Source: Eledone cirrhosa | Taxonomy: Eukaryota | Reading direction: 5' to 3' | NCBI GenBank assembly: GCA_964016885.1 | Contig: OZ024740.1 | Span: 382,044,001 to 382,108,000 of the forward strand | Length of the DNA: 64,000 bases | Shown here: piece by piece, positions 26,990 to 42,417 of the stretch | Numbering within the stretch: position 1 is the first letter of the stretch | Layout: each line of letters starts with the position of its first letter | Program-made: the position numbers and the translations under genes | The notes under the pieces: generated by a model | Told to the model about the DNA's origin: nothing | Database searches by the model: none | What the model saw: only the letters and a program-made list of their open reading frames with translations

Positions 26990-27720
26990 TGGTTAAAAAT
27001 GTCAATCACAGGGATACAATACTCAGTGCGGTTAGTTATATGTTTGTTAGAAAAGGAAAAGGAATGTTGCAACGTATCGGACGCTAATCTTTCATCAGGA
27101 ACACATTTAGGAGAAAGTTGATTTTGGAAGGTTGAAGTGAGAGAAAATTGGGCTATGTGTAGTGATCTGCCGATATAGTTGTAAAGCGTTCGGGACTGTC
27201 ATTGGTACAAGTACGTGTATGGTTTGTGTGCATTTTGTGAATGTTTTTTTTTTTTATTTATTTGTAATGTTTGAGTATATATATATATGTGTGTATGTGC
27301 GGGTATCCTTTCGGTTGTGCGAGTGTGTGTTATATATGTATGTGTCTAAACATGGATGTGTTTTTGTGTACGATTCTGTGCATTCTTATTTGCGTGTGTG
27401 TTTCTACATGAGTATGTGTATACATGTCTGTGTGTCTGTACTAGTTTGTATGTGTACCGTAAGAGAGTTTATATTCAAAACCCTGTATTCCGCGCAGAGG
27501 GCTTAGTTTGTAGAAAAGGAAACTATAATTTTTTAGAAGACAATAATGAAGGGCCGACGACAATTTAGGAAAGGGTTCGGTGGTGTGTTGATGAATGTCA
27601 CGCTAAAAATGAAGATTAGATCGTGTCAGTACAAAAGGTTAGGTTGTCGGAATTCATAAGAATTTAAAAGAGTGTGATATCCTTACAGGTCAGTGTCAAG
27701 TAAGAATTATGTGGCGTGAT
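26990..27720 (-). mobile_element. Old PLE-like 3' remnant with degenerate HHR
   Basis: Minus strand has ttc CTGATGAA agat-tagc-gtcc GATA cgttgcaac (27066-27102) after a CA-rich tail, the same layout as 15190-16180. Confidence 0.4.
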
Positions 27721-28282
27721 TGTTTGTGTATGGTGTGTTACTGTACTTGTTTGTGTATGTATAGGCGTGTTTTCCTGTTGTGATCTATAGCCTGTCTACG
27801 TATGTGTCTATATGTGTGCGTATGTGAGTGTTTGTAATAATATTTGTATGTGTCTATATATGAATAATTACTATACCATAACATTGATATATGAATAAAA
27901 TGATTATTCATACAAACATACATACAAACACACACACATAACCACACATCCGCAAATCTACATACACCCACACATTCATATATCTATATCTATCTCTCTC
28001 TATATATATACATATATACACACACACACGCATACATATATAGATATAGATATATATAGAGAAAGATACATATATATATACATACATATATAGAAACATA
28101 TATACATATATATATATACATTGCATATATATATATATATATATATTTTTTTTTTACTTGATAATTTTAATATATATATATATGTTTACTTGATAATTTT
28201 CCTATGCTTTAATGTATGTATACTCCATATTCTCCTGAGTTTTTGGCTTGTATTGGCCGATAGTGCTTCTTATAGCTTTACT

Positions 28283-28328
28283 TGCCCTGATGAGTCCTTA
28301 ATAGGACGAAACATTGTTGCCTAATAAA
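28283..28328 (+). ncRNA. Minimal HHR in a pLTR-like fragment
   Basis: tgcc CTGATGAG tcct-taat-agga CGAAAC attgtt gcct AATAAA. Core and stem II are perfect; stems I and III are degenerate. Lies in a roughly 300-bp island between (TA)n tracts. Confidence 0.65.
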
Positions 28329-28466
28329 GACTGTTGATGTATTGAAGGCTTCTTTGGTTTATTTTCATAATTCTTCGGCTCTATTTAATTACATTGAGCT
28401 ATATCTTTACTGTCATTTCTATAATATGAAGAGGGTGTTTAACTCCAACAAACTAGTATTTTAATT

Positions 28467-28501
<35 letters not shown>

Positions 28502-28507
28502 CACATG

Positions 28508-28538
<31 letters not shown>

Positions 28539-28954
28539 AGTTATATATATATATACATTACACATCCCATATATATATATATATATATACATTGACAGTG
28601 AAGAAAAGGGAGAAACGTGAGGGAAATAGATATAGAGGGAGAGAGTGAGGAACAGATACGTGTATCTTTAGTTGTGTATCTCTTTGTACGGACATATATA
28701 TATATACAAACATACACCTGTATACATTGTATAGTCATTTGTGTTCCATTGCGCTTAGAAGGGAATAGGCTGCAAATGGCGGACTTAATGTACACAGATA
28801 TCTACGAATAAATATACATGTAAGTGATCAATAATATGTATGTACACAAAAAGAAAAACAAAACCATTTGCAAACATGCATATATAAGTGCACACATAGG
28901 CATATAAGCCTCTGTGTGCGCACGACGTATGTTTGTGTGTGTATGTGAAAGTAT

Positions 28955-30110
<1,156 letters not shown>

Positions 30111-30384
30111 CAATATTAGTTTGGTATATTAAGCCACCATGAAATGTTAAGTATAAAATGCATTAACTATAAAAATACGTATAAAAATATATATGGAAAG
30201 AACCATTCCTGTTACAAAACAGGAAATGTCAAATACCGTATGCTAGAGAATACAAGACGAAATGCTAAATAGAAGGGAAACGATTAGCAAATAAAAAGAA
30301 CATTTAGCATATAGTTATTTTTCTGCGCATTTGTCTAACATGCACGAGGAGTGCAGTTTTCTGTTTTATGTTGGAATGGATGGG

Positions 30385-30455
<71 letters not shown>

Positions 30456-30578
30456 GGAGGTGTGTTTTATTGTAGTACGATAAAGCAATGCAGATATCGG
30501 ATAAGAATCACTCTACAGTTTGTAGGACTGGAGTATACATAATATATAAGATCAAAAGATGGTTAAAAGAGTTCCATG

Positions 30579-30649
30579 TATTTTATTATGCGCATTTCAA
30601 AAATAAATATCATCATCCAATAACATTTGTGTTTTCATCAGATAAAATA
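30579..30649 (-). ncRNA. Type I hammerhead ribozyme (family H, mirror copy)
   Basis: Reverse complement of 30743-30813 with the core intact. Confidence 0.82.
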
Positions 30650-30742
30650 GGAAGACATGATATGAAGGTTAAAAACACTTGTGGACGGTGCAGTGATTTA
30701 AAACCATCCACAAGTGTTTTTAACCTTCATATCATGACTTCC

Positions 30743-30813
30743 TATTTTATCTGATGAAAACACAAATGTTATTGCATGATGATATTTGTTTTTGAAATGC
30801 GCATAATAAAATA
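30743..30813 (+). ncRNA. Intact type I hammerhead ribozyme (family H)
   Basis: tattttat CTGATGA [aaacacaaatgttatt-gcat-gatgatatttgttttt] GAAA tgcgca TA ataaaata. 8-bp stem I, long stem II, palindromic ATGCGCAT stem III. Confidence 0.85.
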
Positions 30814-30843
30814 CATGGAACTCTTTTAACCATCTTTTGATCT

Positions 30844-30936
<93 letters not shown>

Positions 30937-31250
30937 GCATATATATATATGAATATATAGAAACCTACTGGTACAAGCAACTACATACAAACATACACGT
31001 GTATTCCTCTTCTAAAAATAATGTGTGTGTGTGATTTTTGGTTCCATTTCGTATTGTTCACTCTCTCATCTAGCTTTCTGTTTCTTCTCCTATTCCTCAC
31101 TCTATCAAGAGATGAACCACTAACCTGCAAAATATTAAAAAACTTTTCCTCTATATCAGTTGTTAAATTAATATATATATCATCATTTTACTCTATTATT
31201 TCCCTGTGCAGGATTGTTTTAGTTGAAGTTTCGCATAAATATATAAATAA

Positions 31251-31280
<30 letters not shown>

Positions 31281-31284
<4 letters not shown>

Positions 31285-32205
31285 GAAAAAAGTTTGTCCT
31301 TCATCAGTGATCTTCCAACTATCATAGGCATTTCATCGCTTTAAAGACCATATACATCCGGTTGGTGCGAGCAACCGGTAAAAAAAGTCGTTGGGACACG
31401 TAAATAAAGGGGACGCGAGGGTAAACAAACAGAATGGTGAAGCAACAGAAAGTGAGGAAGAAGGAGACAAGTCCCAGATTTCTATGAATTTAAGTTCGGT
31501 GAAAACGTGAACGAGAGAATAAGGACCATCAAACCTGGTTGTAACCATATGTAACCCATTTGCAACTCCGCAGCGCCCTTATTATCATATTTACACATAT
31601 TTTTTCCTCTGCCGCAACACCGTCTTTTTCGGTCTACGTATCATTACCCTTTCTAGCAGTCTCTCTCTCTGTTAGCCTCTTCCTCACCCTTCACTCACTC
31701 ATTCTCTGTCACTACCTCTCCTCCTCCTCTTTCTTCCCGTTTGACCTGTGAGTAATTCTTTTCTCTCACATTCTCGGCCAAGCTGGTCGGAATTTTTTCT
31801 CTCTCGTCTACGATTTCACAGAACTTATGTTTACCGAATTCGCAGACCAGACCCCTTCTTCGTCACGTTAGACCTGTGCGAAATTCCTTCCTTGCTTACA
31901 TTTCAACCAGGTTTGATGGTCTTTATTCTCTCGTTCACGATTTCACCGAACTTAAATTCATAGAAATCTGGGACTTGTCTCCTTCTCCCTCACTTTCTGT
32001 TGCTTCACCATTTTGTTTGTTTACCCTCGTGTCCCCTTTATTTACGTGTCCCAACGACTTTTTTTAGCCGTTGCTCGCACCAACCGGAGGTATATGGTCT
32101 TTAAAGCGATGAAATGCCTATGATAGTTGTAAGATCACTGATGAAGGACAAACCTTTTTCAAATGTAACCCATTTGCAACTCCGCAGCGCCCTTATTATT
32201 ATATT
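31281..32205. mobile_element. Family F copy: inverted arm plus more than one tandem unit
   Basis: 31281-31541 is in the same orientation as the 24.3-kb copy. From about 31546 the orientation flips and a full unit plus about 50 bp of redundancy follows (TGTAACCCATTTGCAACTCCGCAGCGCCCTTATT occurs twice). Confidence 0.85.
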
Positions 32206-32687
32206 TATATATATATATATATATATATTTAGATAGATAGATAGAACATATATAAATATATGTATATAAATATATGTATATATATATATATAAATCTATA
32301 TATATATATATACATAGATATATAAAGTGATAATAATAAATGTGTAGACTAAAATCGAAAGAGTTTCAGAAGGTCCCATTAAGGGTGAAAGCACCGATTC
32401 TTTGCTTAAACTGTAATCTGTTATTTTAATAAATAAATATATATATATATATATATATTCATATATTCCAAGGGCGGTATATGTATATATATAACGAAGA
32501 AGTTGTGGTAAGGAACCAGATGGACCATAACGCACCAGAGTACTCAAGACTTAGGGTAGTAGAGTGGGTAACAGGAAAATGTTTGACCCCGACGGCAGAA
32601 CTCAAGCCGTTTCGACGACTATTTCCAGAAATAGCCGGCGAAACATCTTGAGCTCTGCCGTCGGTGTCATACATTTCTCTCTCTCTC

Positions 32688-32781
<94 letters not shown>

Positions 32782-32844
32782 AAAGTGAGGTTTTTTTTAC
32801 AAAATGAAAAATAACCGAGGTGTCCTACACGAGTGAAAGTATAA

Positions 32845-33078
32845 AGAAAAAGAGATGAAATCGAAATTGCAACTGGAGTCTTATTTTTTTTTTAAATATA
32901 TATATTTATTTGGTTCCTTTACCGGTTTCGCAGTTCTTCTGCTTTTCAAAAGGTGAGTTAAGATGGCGGGTCTGTGGTTTTTCTCACATCTGTGAGAAAC
33001 CGGTAAAGGAACCAAATAAATATATATATTTAAAAAAAAATAAGACTCCTTTGCATTTTCGATTTCGTCTTTTTTTCT
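32845..33078. repeat. Fold-back inverted repeat (about 85-bp arms)
   Basis: 32845-32929 pairs with 32995-33078. Lies between (TA)n tracts. Confidence 0.8.
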
Positions 33079-33086
33079 ATATATAT

Positions 33087-33482
33087 ATCCGAAATAAATT
33101 AAATTAAATTAAATTAAGGAAGCCATGTCCGAGACAGGCGCCATATTCACCGTAGAATAAACTCAAAGATTCCAATGAATAGATCCGAGCATTTTATATC
33201 AACTAGAAATTGATTGACATATATATATTTAAAGTAACCACATGAAACAATCACAGTGGATAATTTGTAAAGTGTGTATCACACATAGCTAGGTAGGTAA
33301 CTAATTAAAGTTTAACTAGAGCTTTACATATTACCTTTTAAAAAATGATTAATCCTCCTCGTATATATTTCATTAAAGAAATATATTTCACCAATAATCC
33401 GTAAAGTCACAGTAGTCAAATCTTGGATATTCAGCAGGGGGAAGAAATAACTATCTGTGTTTACACATCAAATGCAAATCTG

Positions 33483-33485
<3 letters not shown>
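33087..33485 (-). mobile_element. HHR element family G, degenerate copy
   Basis: Homologous to 48878-49436 in the opposite orientation. The HHR core is mutated (CTGAATA) but stems I and III are retained. TA flanks. Confidence 0.8.
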
Positions 33486-33566
<81 letters not shown>

Positions 33567-34113
33567 CTACGATATATATATACATATATATATCGTAGAG
33601 TGTAATTTCTTCATCATCGACTCTCCAATTTCTTTTCTCTGCTTTCTCTTTACGCCCCCCCCCCCCATATATCTGTGTGTGTGTCTATGTGTTCCTGTTT
33701 TTATATGTGTGTGCGTGAATGTTTGTGTACGTGTGTATGTGTGTGGTTTTATGTGTGTTTATGTGTGTGCATCCGATCAATTGGAGGTTCTCTATATAGA
33801 TTTCAATTGATGACATCTGTGAAAAATCATTTAATTCCATATTTTTTCATCTTTAACTTTATGAAAAATGATTGCCTCTCTTCCTTAGATATCAGTCGTA
33901 TACATGTAGCCTATCAATGCATAAACATTCTTCTCCAATCATTTTTTAAACTTCAAGGTTTTGGGGAATTGCAGGATTTGTTTGTTTTTTTATTTATTTA
34001 GTCAACATTGGCAAAAAATTCTCACATTAAACTGTGGAAATATTTTATTGAATTATCAATTTCTCTGGAAATCTTCGTAATATTTAATAACATTAATATC
34101 TCTTTCTTTATTA

Positions 34114-35560
34114 GCCACTAGGGCTGAAAAATAAAGGACAATACAAAGGAACAGGGACAGTGGCGACTTAGAAGAAACATTTAAAAAAAATAAAAATGGT
34201 AATTAACAATCAATAAATAACTTTAGAATTCCCCAATAAGGGAGAGCATCTCCCTAGGGTAATTTAGGAACCGAAAAGATCCGATACCCGTCCCCCAACA
34301 ATCACCAAGAGCGACCTAATAATGTGTTCCGATCTTCTTTGAATTCACCAATCTACAGGTGCATATGTACTTGGGCTATATTTGCTAGATTTACACAGCT
34401 TTTAACTAATGCATTGGGGTGGAGACAGCAGTTCCCACTCCACCTTCACCCTCCTTTTCAAGTGAAACTTAAAAATATTGATGAGAACTCGGCCAAATAC
34501 GAGAGTGTCTTTCTTTAGTCGTTTCAGTCTTGTCCACCACACGACCTCATTCGTTACAGCCACCAGACAAATGAAAATTGCGCGTCTTTCCCGACCAAAA
34601 CAAGATATTGGGGTTATTTTCACGATGGAGTCGGGTGGTAGCTGGATATTTTCCTAAACGCGACAATTATTGTTCAAGAAATATCTAAAAGTCAGCAATG
34701 CCCGGATACTGTTTGTTTCGAAACGGCAGTGTTCCAGGGTAGCATTGCCAGGAGAAGGGTTTCAGGAAATTATCCATTGGCTCTGAATCAACATCTCCCG
34801 GAACAGACTAGTTAGTTCGTTCTTGTCGATACGTCGAGTCTCCTCGAGAACGTTGTCGCATCTACCCAACACTAATCGACTATAGACCTCTAAGGTGGAA
34901 TTTACATTTAGCGCGTTTTTGGTGGAGGGTTGTGAGAGTCTGACAAAATCCAGATGCCATGCGTTCATTCTCGGTTTACATTTGTCTCTCTACAGCAACT
35001 CAATTCAAGAGACGAGCTGTGGATAGAGGGATAGGGAGCGAATGATCTTTTATCACCTTCCCCTTCGTTGGTATTGTTTGAGTCTTCGTTGTTGTTGATG
35101 GTGGTTTCGCTGCTGCTGCTGCTGCTGCTGCTGCTGTTAATTTAGTTGTAGGAGTCGGTGATGGAGTTATTGGTGCCGTGGTTGTTTGGGAAGTAGACCT
35201 GGCTTCGGTGTGGCTATGATCAATGGAAAGCATTCGATAGGGTCGACCATCAACATCTGGATGTTGTCCTCAAAGCAGCTTCCTTCTGTTTTCGGTGGCC
35301 GAAGTAAATAGTCACGTTTCGGAACATGCAATCTAGTACATTCTTAGAGGAATATGAAGGTTTGTCCGGAGAAAAACTAACTGAACAAGGTTTTTTCGCA
35401 GGTTGTCTCTTTGACTGAGCTGCAGTCCTGGATCAAGAAAGACTGTGACTGGGTGCCTGGCATCTGGAATGTTGTCAGGCGCTCACTAGCCTCAACCAAA
35501 TAGGCAATGCGATCAGTAGAAATTCCACTCTAGAGTTCTATAGAGGATTAAATTACTGGC
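34114..35560 (-). mobile_element. Internally deleted L1/Tx1-like LINE remnant
   Basis: Minus-strand peptide SIVKITPISCFGRERRAIFICLVAV..VVWWTRLK...FKFHLKRRVKVE resembles C-termini of Tx1-like ORF2 (from recall, not searched). A low-complexity ORF1-like stretch lies upstream and a pyrimidine-rich 3' UTR downstream. Confidence 0.5.
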
Positions 35561-38500
35561 CTTGAGCCTTTTTCTCTACTCTAGTATGTTTTGAATTTTT
35601 TTTTATTGTCCATTTTATATATTTGCTAGTGACATCATTTTTTTTCTAGAAGATATTTAAGCATCTTCAAATAACCTTTTTTTTTTTTTTTGGTTAATAG
35701 TCCTTCGAAAGAGAAATTCAAGATTCTCTTTTGGAATTTGATTTGTTAAAACAAATTATATTACTAAATAATATCATCTTTTCTACATCTTTTCACAAAT
35801 ATGGAATCTCCGCCCCCATTGCAACGGGCAGTAACATCAGTAGCAAAAGCAACAACAACTCATACTCGTGCAGGCAATGCTGTTGCGGCCACAATAGACA
35901 GAAATAACAACAACTCCCACGCGTCTACAAAGGCACGAAACTACTGCCCCACCCCCGCAATAAACAAAATCCCACAGAAAGATGAAATACTTATAGCATA
36001 CTACACAGCAATAATGATAACATCAAAGACAATAAACACAACAACAATGACAAAACTATAGAGGAAGAATAAGAATATATCGAAATCAATAGTGTGTGTA
36101 TAAAAGAGGTGACTAGAAAGAGCAGCTTCACCAGCAACAATAGTGGTAACGATATCTAATATATCAACATCATAACCATCACCTCTCCGTGACACGAGAT
36201 ATATCAGAATATTAATGGAAGTAGTTGAAACAATATTATCTACTCTTCAAAACTCCTCAGAGACACGTTTGGAATTGCAAAGGCTGCTGTTACCAATAGA
36301 TATATCAGTTCTCGATCAAATGCGACCCACTGCAGGGAAACAATGGAAGGTGTGGCGAAGTGCAGAATGTCTAGGTGTTACTTTTATGGCAGCATTGAAC
36401 ACCGAAATGCCTTCTCTTTTGAAAACTTCGGGCAGAAACCTTTTTAATTGCTAAGACAACAATATGAACGATAAAAACATGAAAATCAGCAAGAGCATCA
36501 AAATAAAACCAAAATAGTTGCATGAGGTATTACTGATGTAATTACAAAAACAACGATAATAACAGCAGCGATGGTAGAGACAACAACAAATTCTGAATCA
36601 GTACCGCCAGCAACAACCACAGTAACAAATCAGAAATACCTAAAACAATCACAGAAAATACGAAACAAGTCGCTGAAACGCCTCCAAACGCCTCCCTTTT
36701 ACCCTCATCCCCAACAAAATGTAAATATACATAAATATTCAGGTATATTTCACCTCTACTCTGTCACTGAATGGTCGGGCACAGAAACATCAGAGATCGA
36801 CATCCGTGCAGAAGAAAATCAAAATGGCTACCTTAAGCATACAGCTGTTGGCGATAAGGAGAGGCTGTTCAAGCCTCGGGCATTCATGCATGCAAACCCT
36901 TATTAACAATAACAACAACAACAACAAACAAAACAAAAACACCAAAACAACAGCCACATTTGCAACCACACCAACACTAAAATGAATTCACACAGCCACA
37001 ATGTCAACCATATACAAACGAAAAGAAAGAAAACACTCACCAACGACGCATCCATTAAACATGATACGGTCGGATGTACCACCGCAGTGTCACACGGAGA
37101 ATAGGCGATTGATATAAGAAAATGTTGAGAAATTGTTGGGTTCAGGAAGAAATACAAGCCTGATGTAAGAAGGCTTTTAAAAATGCGTACGTAGTCCCAT
37201 AGTTTGTATGAAATTTACGGTAATCCGAAATGAGGATCGTGAAATAGTTTGACTTATACTATAATACAATGCGATTCAGCTACAGTGTTTATGGACCAGA
37301 GGACGTTGATCATGTACCTAGTGCCCCTAGATTATTGACGGATCATATATCTGGTATCTTTAAAGTCTCGACTAGAACCAAAAAAGATTTCGAGGTATTT
37401 TAGAGGAGCCAAATCGAAAGGGGTGACATAGAGTTACTTCAATTGTATTGATTCTACTATTGGATATGCATGCTATCATTATTCCTAGATGTCTTGAACT
37501 AAATTGTAAACTAGTTGCAAGATACTATATGGCATTTTTAACACCGTCCCTGTAATTACATATGTTTTAAACTCTTTTTGTTTTGAATCGTATGTGAGGA
37601 AGTTCGTGTGGACAATTAAAGAAGGAATCATCATCATTAATATTATAAATGTTTTGCTATTTTTATAAGAACAAGGAGAAAAAGTGGTGAAGAGAATAGT
37701 GTGAATGCAGAAGTGTCACAATAAGAGACCAGCTGTGAGTTTACAACAATATTGTTTAAGGCGACGGGCGACATTTGTGATATTTCAAAACACTTATCTC
37801 GAGTTTAGCGTGAGATTCATCCCTTTGCAGTGTTACGTTAATAAGGCACAAGAGAGGATCAAATATATGGATACAAACAAATAAAATGCATACACTCACA
37901 TACATACACAACTATAACATACACAAATAATTACAAATATACATCATTACACTAACAAATACATCCGCAAACAATAATCTGCCTTCGGCGTTATATTTGG
38001 CAAAGAAGTATTAAGAACCAGGGTCGAACTTCTGAGGAGACAAGGTGATCATTTTTTAGACGGAGAACAGAACTACTTCACACTTTTCGCTTAAAACAAA
38101 ACCCTTAGGCAAATTACACGCTGTAGATCATGAGGTTTTTTGTTAGGCTGCAGTTCAGGAATGAATAACATGCAAATGAGGTTTGAAGTTATCATTATTA
38201 TTTTTTTTTTCTTCTTTTAAGAATACTCAGACAGTATAAATACCAAATTTAGTAGTGCTGAAACAAAAGAGACTCCAGTAGCAGCAACAACGCCAGAACA
38301 GAAACGACAAGAAAAACAATAAGAACAAAAATACAAGCAACAGGAACGTAAATAGCATTATATGTAGCAAGCAAGCTGAATTCTAAAGTAGATATCTTCA
38401 AAGACCGTATTATTGATTTATTTTTTGTTGTATTCACTTCAAATATACTTTGGATAACATAGAACTGGATAATATATAAGGTGATATTATTTTGTTTCAG

Positions 38501-39899
38501 TAGCTATCAGTTCATAATAATCCTTCACATGTATATAAACATCAATATTATTGTTTGTCGTAAAAATCGTTAGTGCTGCGTACAAAATACTATAGTGTCA
38601 TATGTTTTGAGTTCAAAATCTAACGGAGTTGGCTTTGATTGTTATCATTCAGACTCGGTAAAATATGTACCAGGCAAGTACTGTGGATGATATAAACTAC
38701 TATATTCTATCAACGGGTCAAATATTAGGATCGATAGTATTGACAATCCGAGGCGTTGTAATATCAGAAAACCATTTTTTCTTTTCTACATTTGCATTAT
38801 ACAAATGCTGTACTCTGGCCTTTAAATTATAAAAATTGTAACAGAGAGGTAGATTTTTTGCTTACGTATTTTAGCTTTTGATTTCAATTCTTCGTGGGAA
38901 TGACTTTGCTTGACAATCAGATTATTATCAATCCTGATAAAATAGCTATCATTTATAATGTGTAGTTGAGTCGGTTGACTCTGTGATGGGTGAAACTTTA
39001 CGCACCAATGTTTTAATGTGTATCGATTAACCCCATGTATCTCCTGAGTTCTAAATTATGATATCTATATATTAACGTCACTTTCCCTACGATAAATACC
39101 ACTAATATGTTGATATCGAATATGACTTACATTGCTACGATGTGCTTCAAAATAAATAAAAGCAAATTATTATTTCATTCCCTTTATCTTACCGGAGCAA
39201 ATATATTAAATGCAAGTGGAACGTTAGAAATATTGAAATGGTTGAATAAATGGTTTAACTATAATTTTGTCTATTGACACCTTGAGTTTTAAATCGTATA
39301 AAATGAAATTAACTATATGCTCACATCGATGTGATTGACTATAACTGTTTCCTATACGTATCTTACTTCAGTGTTCACGAGGGTTGCGATTACTTGCAGC
39401 ATATGGACTTCATTATGTATAAGCACTGAGTTACTTAACCAAACCTTTAGCATGGTCAGACATCTTGTGAGAGAAATTGCACTTCAGTTCAATATTTTAA
39501 ATTTAACTGATGTCTCATTCATATATAAATTCAATATCTACAGCTAGATTGTCACATTCCCTATTAACAAAGATCTCAATACAAATAGGAATTAGATGTC
39601 AGTATTCTAGCATCGTTAAAAAAGGCTACAAGCACACCAGCATTGCTCTCCATAAAACTATGCAAAATATTATATTGCGACCTGAATTCCTTTTCTGATT
39701 TAAGTTCAGTTATATTTAATTATTTATTCCTTACGAAAATCATGAAATCATATACATTATATATGAAATGCGCAGAAAATCATCAGCAAAAGCCTTAGTG
39801 AGTTGATATACCTGTCATTTATTTGTTTATTGAATATGATGTCAAAGTCAGTCTGACTGAGTAAATAATTCTGTAGTTTAAATATTTTTCTTTATTCAG

Positions 39900-39932
39900 T
39901 TTGAAGTTGCTGTTCTCAAAGAGTTAAGTGAT
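39900..39932 (+). CDS. Candidate 33-nt micro-exon (FEVAVLKELSD)
   Basis: Strong acceptor atttttctttattcag|, donor GAT|gtatgt, phase 0-0, open. Confidence 0.3.
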
Positions 39933-42240
39933 GTATGTGATTAATGATTAACCTTGACCCAGTAATTTTCTTCTACTGGAAACAGGACATGAAGTTACCG
40001 CTGCAAATTAACAAATCATTTGAATATTTTATCACTGATTCAAATTTATTTTAAATAGCTTCAATTGTTAAATGCTTATAAAGAAGAGAACATGTCTGAT
40101 AAATGAATCAACTAATTTATGCATTACTGACCAAAATTTGTTGGAGAATATCTCATAAAAGTTTTCTAAATCTCACATATCTAAGTTACCATAACATTTA
40201 GTTGACTACATACTAATAGCTGTAAATAAGAAATGATCTATTTTAAATGTCTATAAATAAGTACATTAATATGGCAGGAGAATACGAACGACAAAAATGT
40301 GTTCTATAGACGGATTGTAAGATAATTTATAGACACCAGCAGAACAAAACCAAAAGTCAAATACCGTTTCGAAATGGCGAATATAAACATTGCCTACTAC
40401 ACAAATCACACCGAAGGATACATACACATTATATATCATATATGTCTGAAAACAATTATAGGAAAAAAGAAAAGCTAAGATTGATGTCTTGTTTTCCAGT
40501 TGTACAATTGCCTTTGGTAAACATACTTCTGAATTATAAGTCGAACATTTCATATTATAGATTATAAGATGAGTAAACAACATTATTTATTTCTGTAACA
40601 GATATATACACAAGATGCCACAAAATAGTTTCAATTAGTTACTTTTCATATAATTCAAGTCTCTCTTAAAAGACTTCAGTTTAACAGTACTTAAAAGTTC
40701 TTTAATAGATATTAAACTTTTGTATAATCATATTACAAACGTAAAAGAATTAACGTATCAAAGATATATTATAGAGTTTAAACATTGACACAAATTATGT
40801 AATAACTGTTATCTCGTATATCATTATCTGTTATATCATCATGTTATTTTATGATATTTTCAGTTGATATTATATGTATGTAATATTGTTTTGTATTTAC
40901 TGTGTGTTATCTGGTTATATTTGTCAAAATGAACAGCGTTATATTTCGCTTGCGTTGATTCGATTTTGATTTTATTTAAACTAAAATTTTATTTGAGAGA
41001 GTGAAAAGCATAACTTAACATCGTTAATATTCTGAATATGTTAGAAATATATATTACAGAGAATTGAAATAATATTCTGGTGGTTAGAATTGACAAATAG
41101 ACTTCAATATCTGGATGCGATAATTTTTCTTCACCTAATGTGTATATGTAAAAAAAAGGCTTAAACCACTTAACCTCCCATTTCTCTGCTAGCCTAAAAT
41201 TTAAGATCTAATTAATTAGTCTCTCTCTATCGCAAACACACACACACACACACACTCTCTCTCTCTCTCTCTCTCTCTCTGCCTGTCCCACTGCTTCTTC
41301 GCTATGTTTCTCTTTATCTCACAGACACACATACACACACACATATATATACACACAAGATGACTCATATAACATTATGTTTCGGTGAACTGAAGATAAA
41401 AACCCATGTTATATCGCTGGTATCCACAATATCACTATTTATTAGTTTTGAAAATTTCATGAATGCTAATTAACATTGATGTTTCTAATTTTGAGAATCA
41501 TTTATAACGCATTTTCTTTCCCTTAACATTAAAACCTAGGAAAGATAGAAATATAAGCTTTTAATTTACTCGAATACAAATAACTATGTAAATAAAGGAA
41601 GCAACAGGTCTCTATGAAGTGTCTAAACATGCAAGAAATCGTGGCCAAATCTTCCTCATGTCATGAAAACAGAAGTGAATGAGAGTACTATATTAATGTA
41701 ATTAACAGTTACACAACAAAGAGCGGTTCGTTTTAGGGGTGTATGTAAAAGCTAGCATATACGGCATCTTTGTATATAATAAACGTAATGTATATACTAT
41801 GTTACAGCCACTATTAATTAATTCTAGCTCGTCGACACCATACCATTCTGACTCTTCATTGAAATTCTAACGTAGATATATATATCACCAACGTGAAAAA
41901 CTCTACGGACTCGATGATGACTCTGCTTCTAGATCGTTAGACATGCGAGAGATGGCATCCAAATATATGTAAAACACTTTTACACTCTTGAAAACATAAC
42001 GTTGTAAATGTATTCTGAGATACATTTCAAGATTTTCATTCACTATATCGAGCATCCCACAATGTGTGAGATAATTCTCCATCAACACGAAACGAAGATG
42101 CACACATTAAAGCTAATAGACTTCACTGGCGCCCCTAATCCCGAAGGGAAACCTATGAAATGTCTACCTCATTTTTCATTCACATAAATTATTGAGCTAT
42201 ATAGCCGACGAAAAATGATTCTATAATTTGTTTTGGAGAT

Positions 42241-42417
42241 AATTGTTTCTACTTTTGGCACAAGGGCAGCAATGAACCAGTGTATTACTGGTACTTTATT
42301 TTATCGACCCCGTAAGGATGAAAGGCAAAGTTAACCTCGGCGGGATTTGAACTCAGATCGTAAAGGGACATAACTACGCTGGAAAGCATCTCTGACCCTC
42401 TACCAATACTGCCAATT
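42241..42417 (-). mobile_element. SINE (octopus-type)
   Basis: Reverse complement of the 16197-16392 family. Confidence 0.8.

Larger units (their letters stand above)
30543..30848. mobile_element. Fold-back palindrome with two divergent HHRs (family H)
   Basis: Arms 30543-30688 and 30704-30848 are near-perfect reverse complements. TA flanks. Confidence 0.9.
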
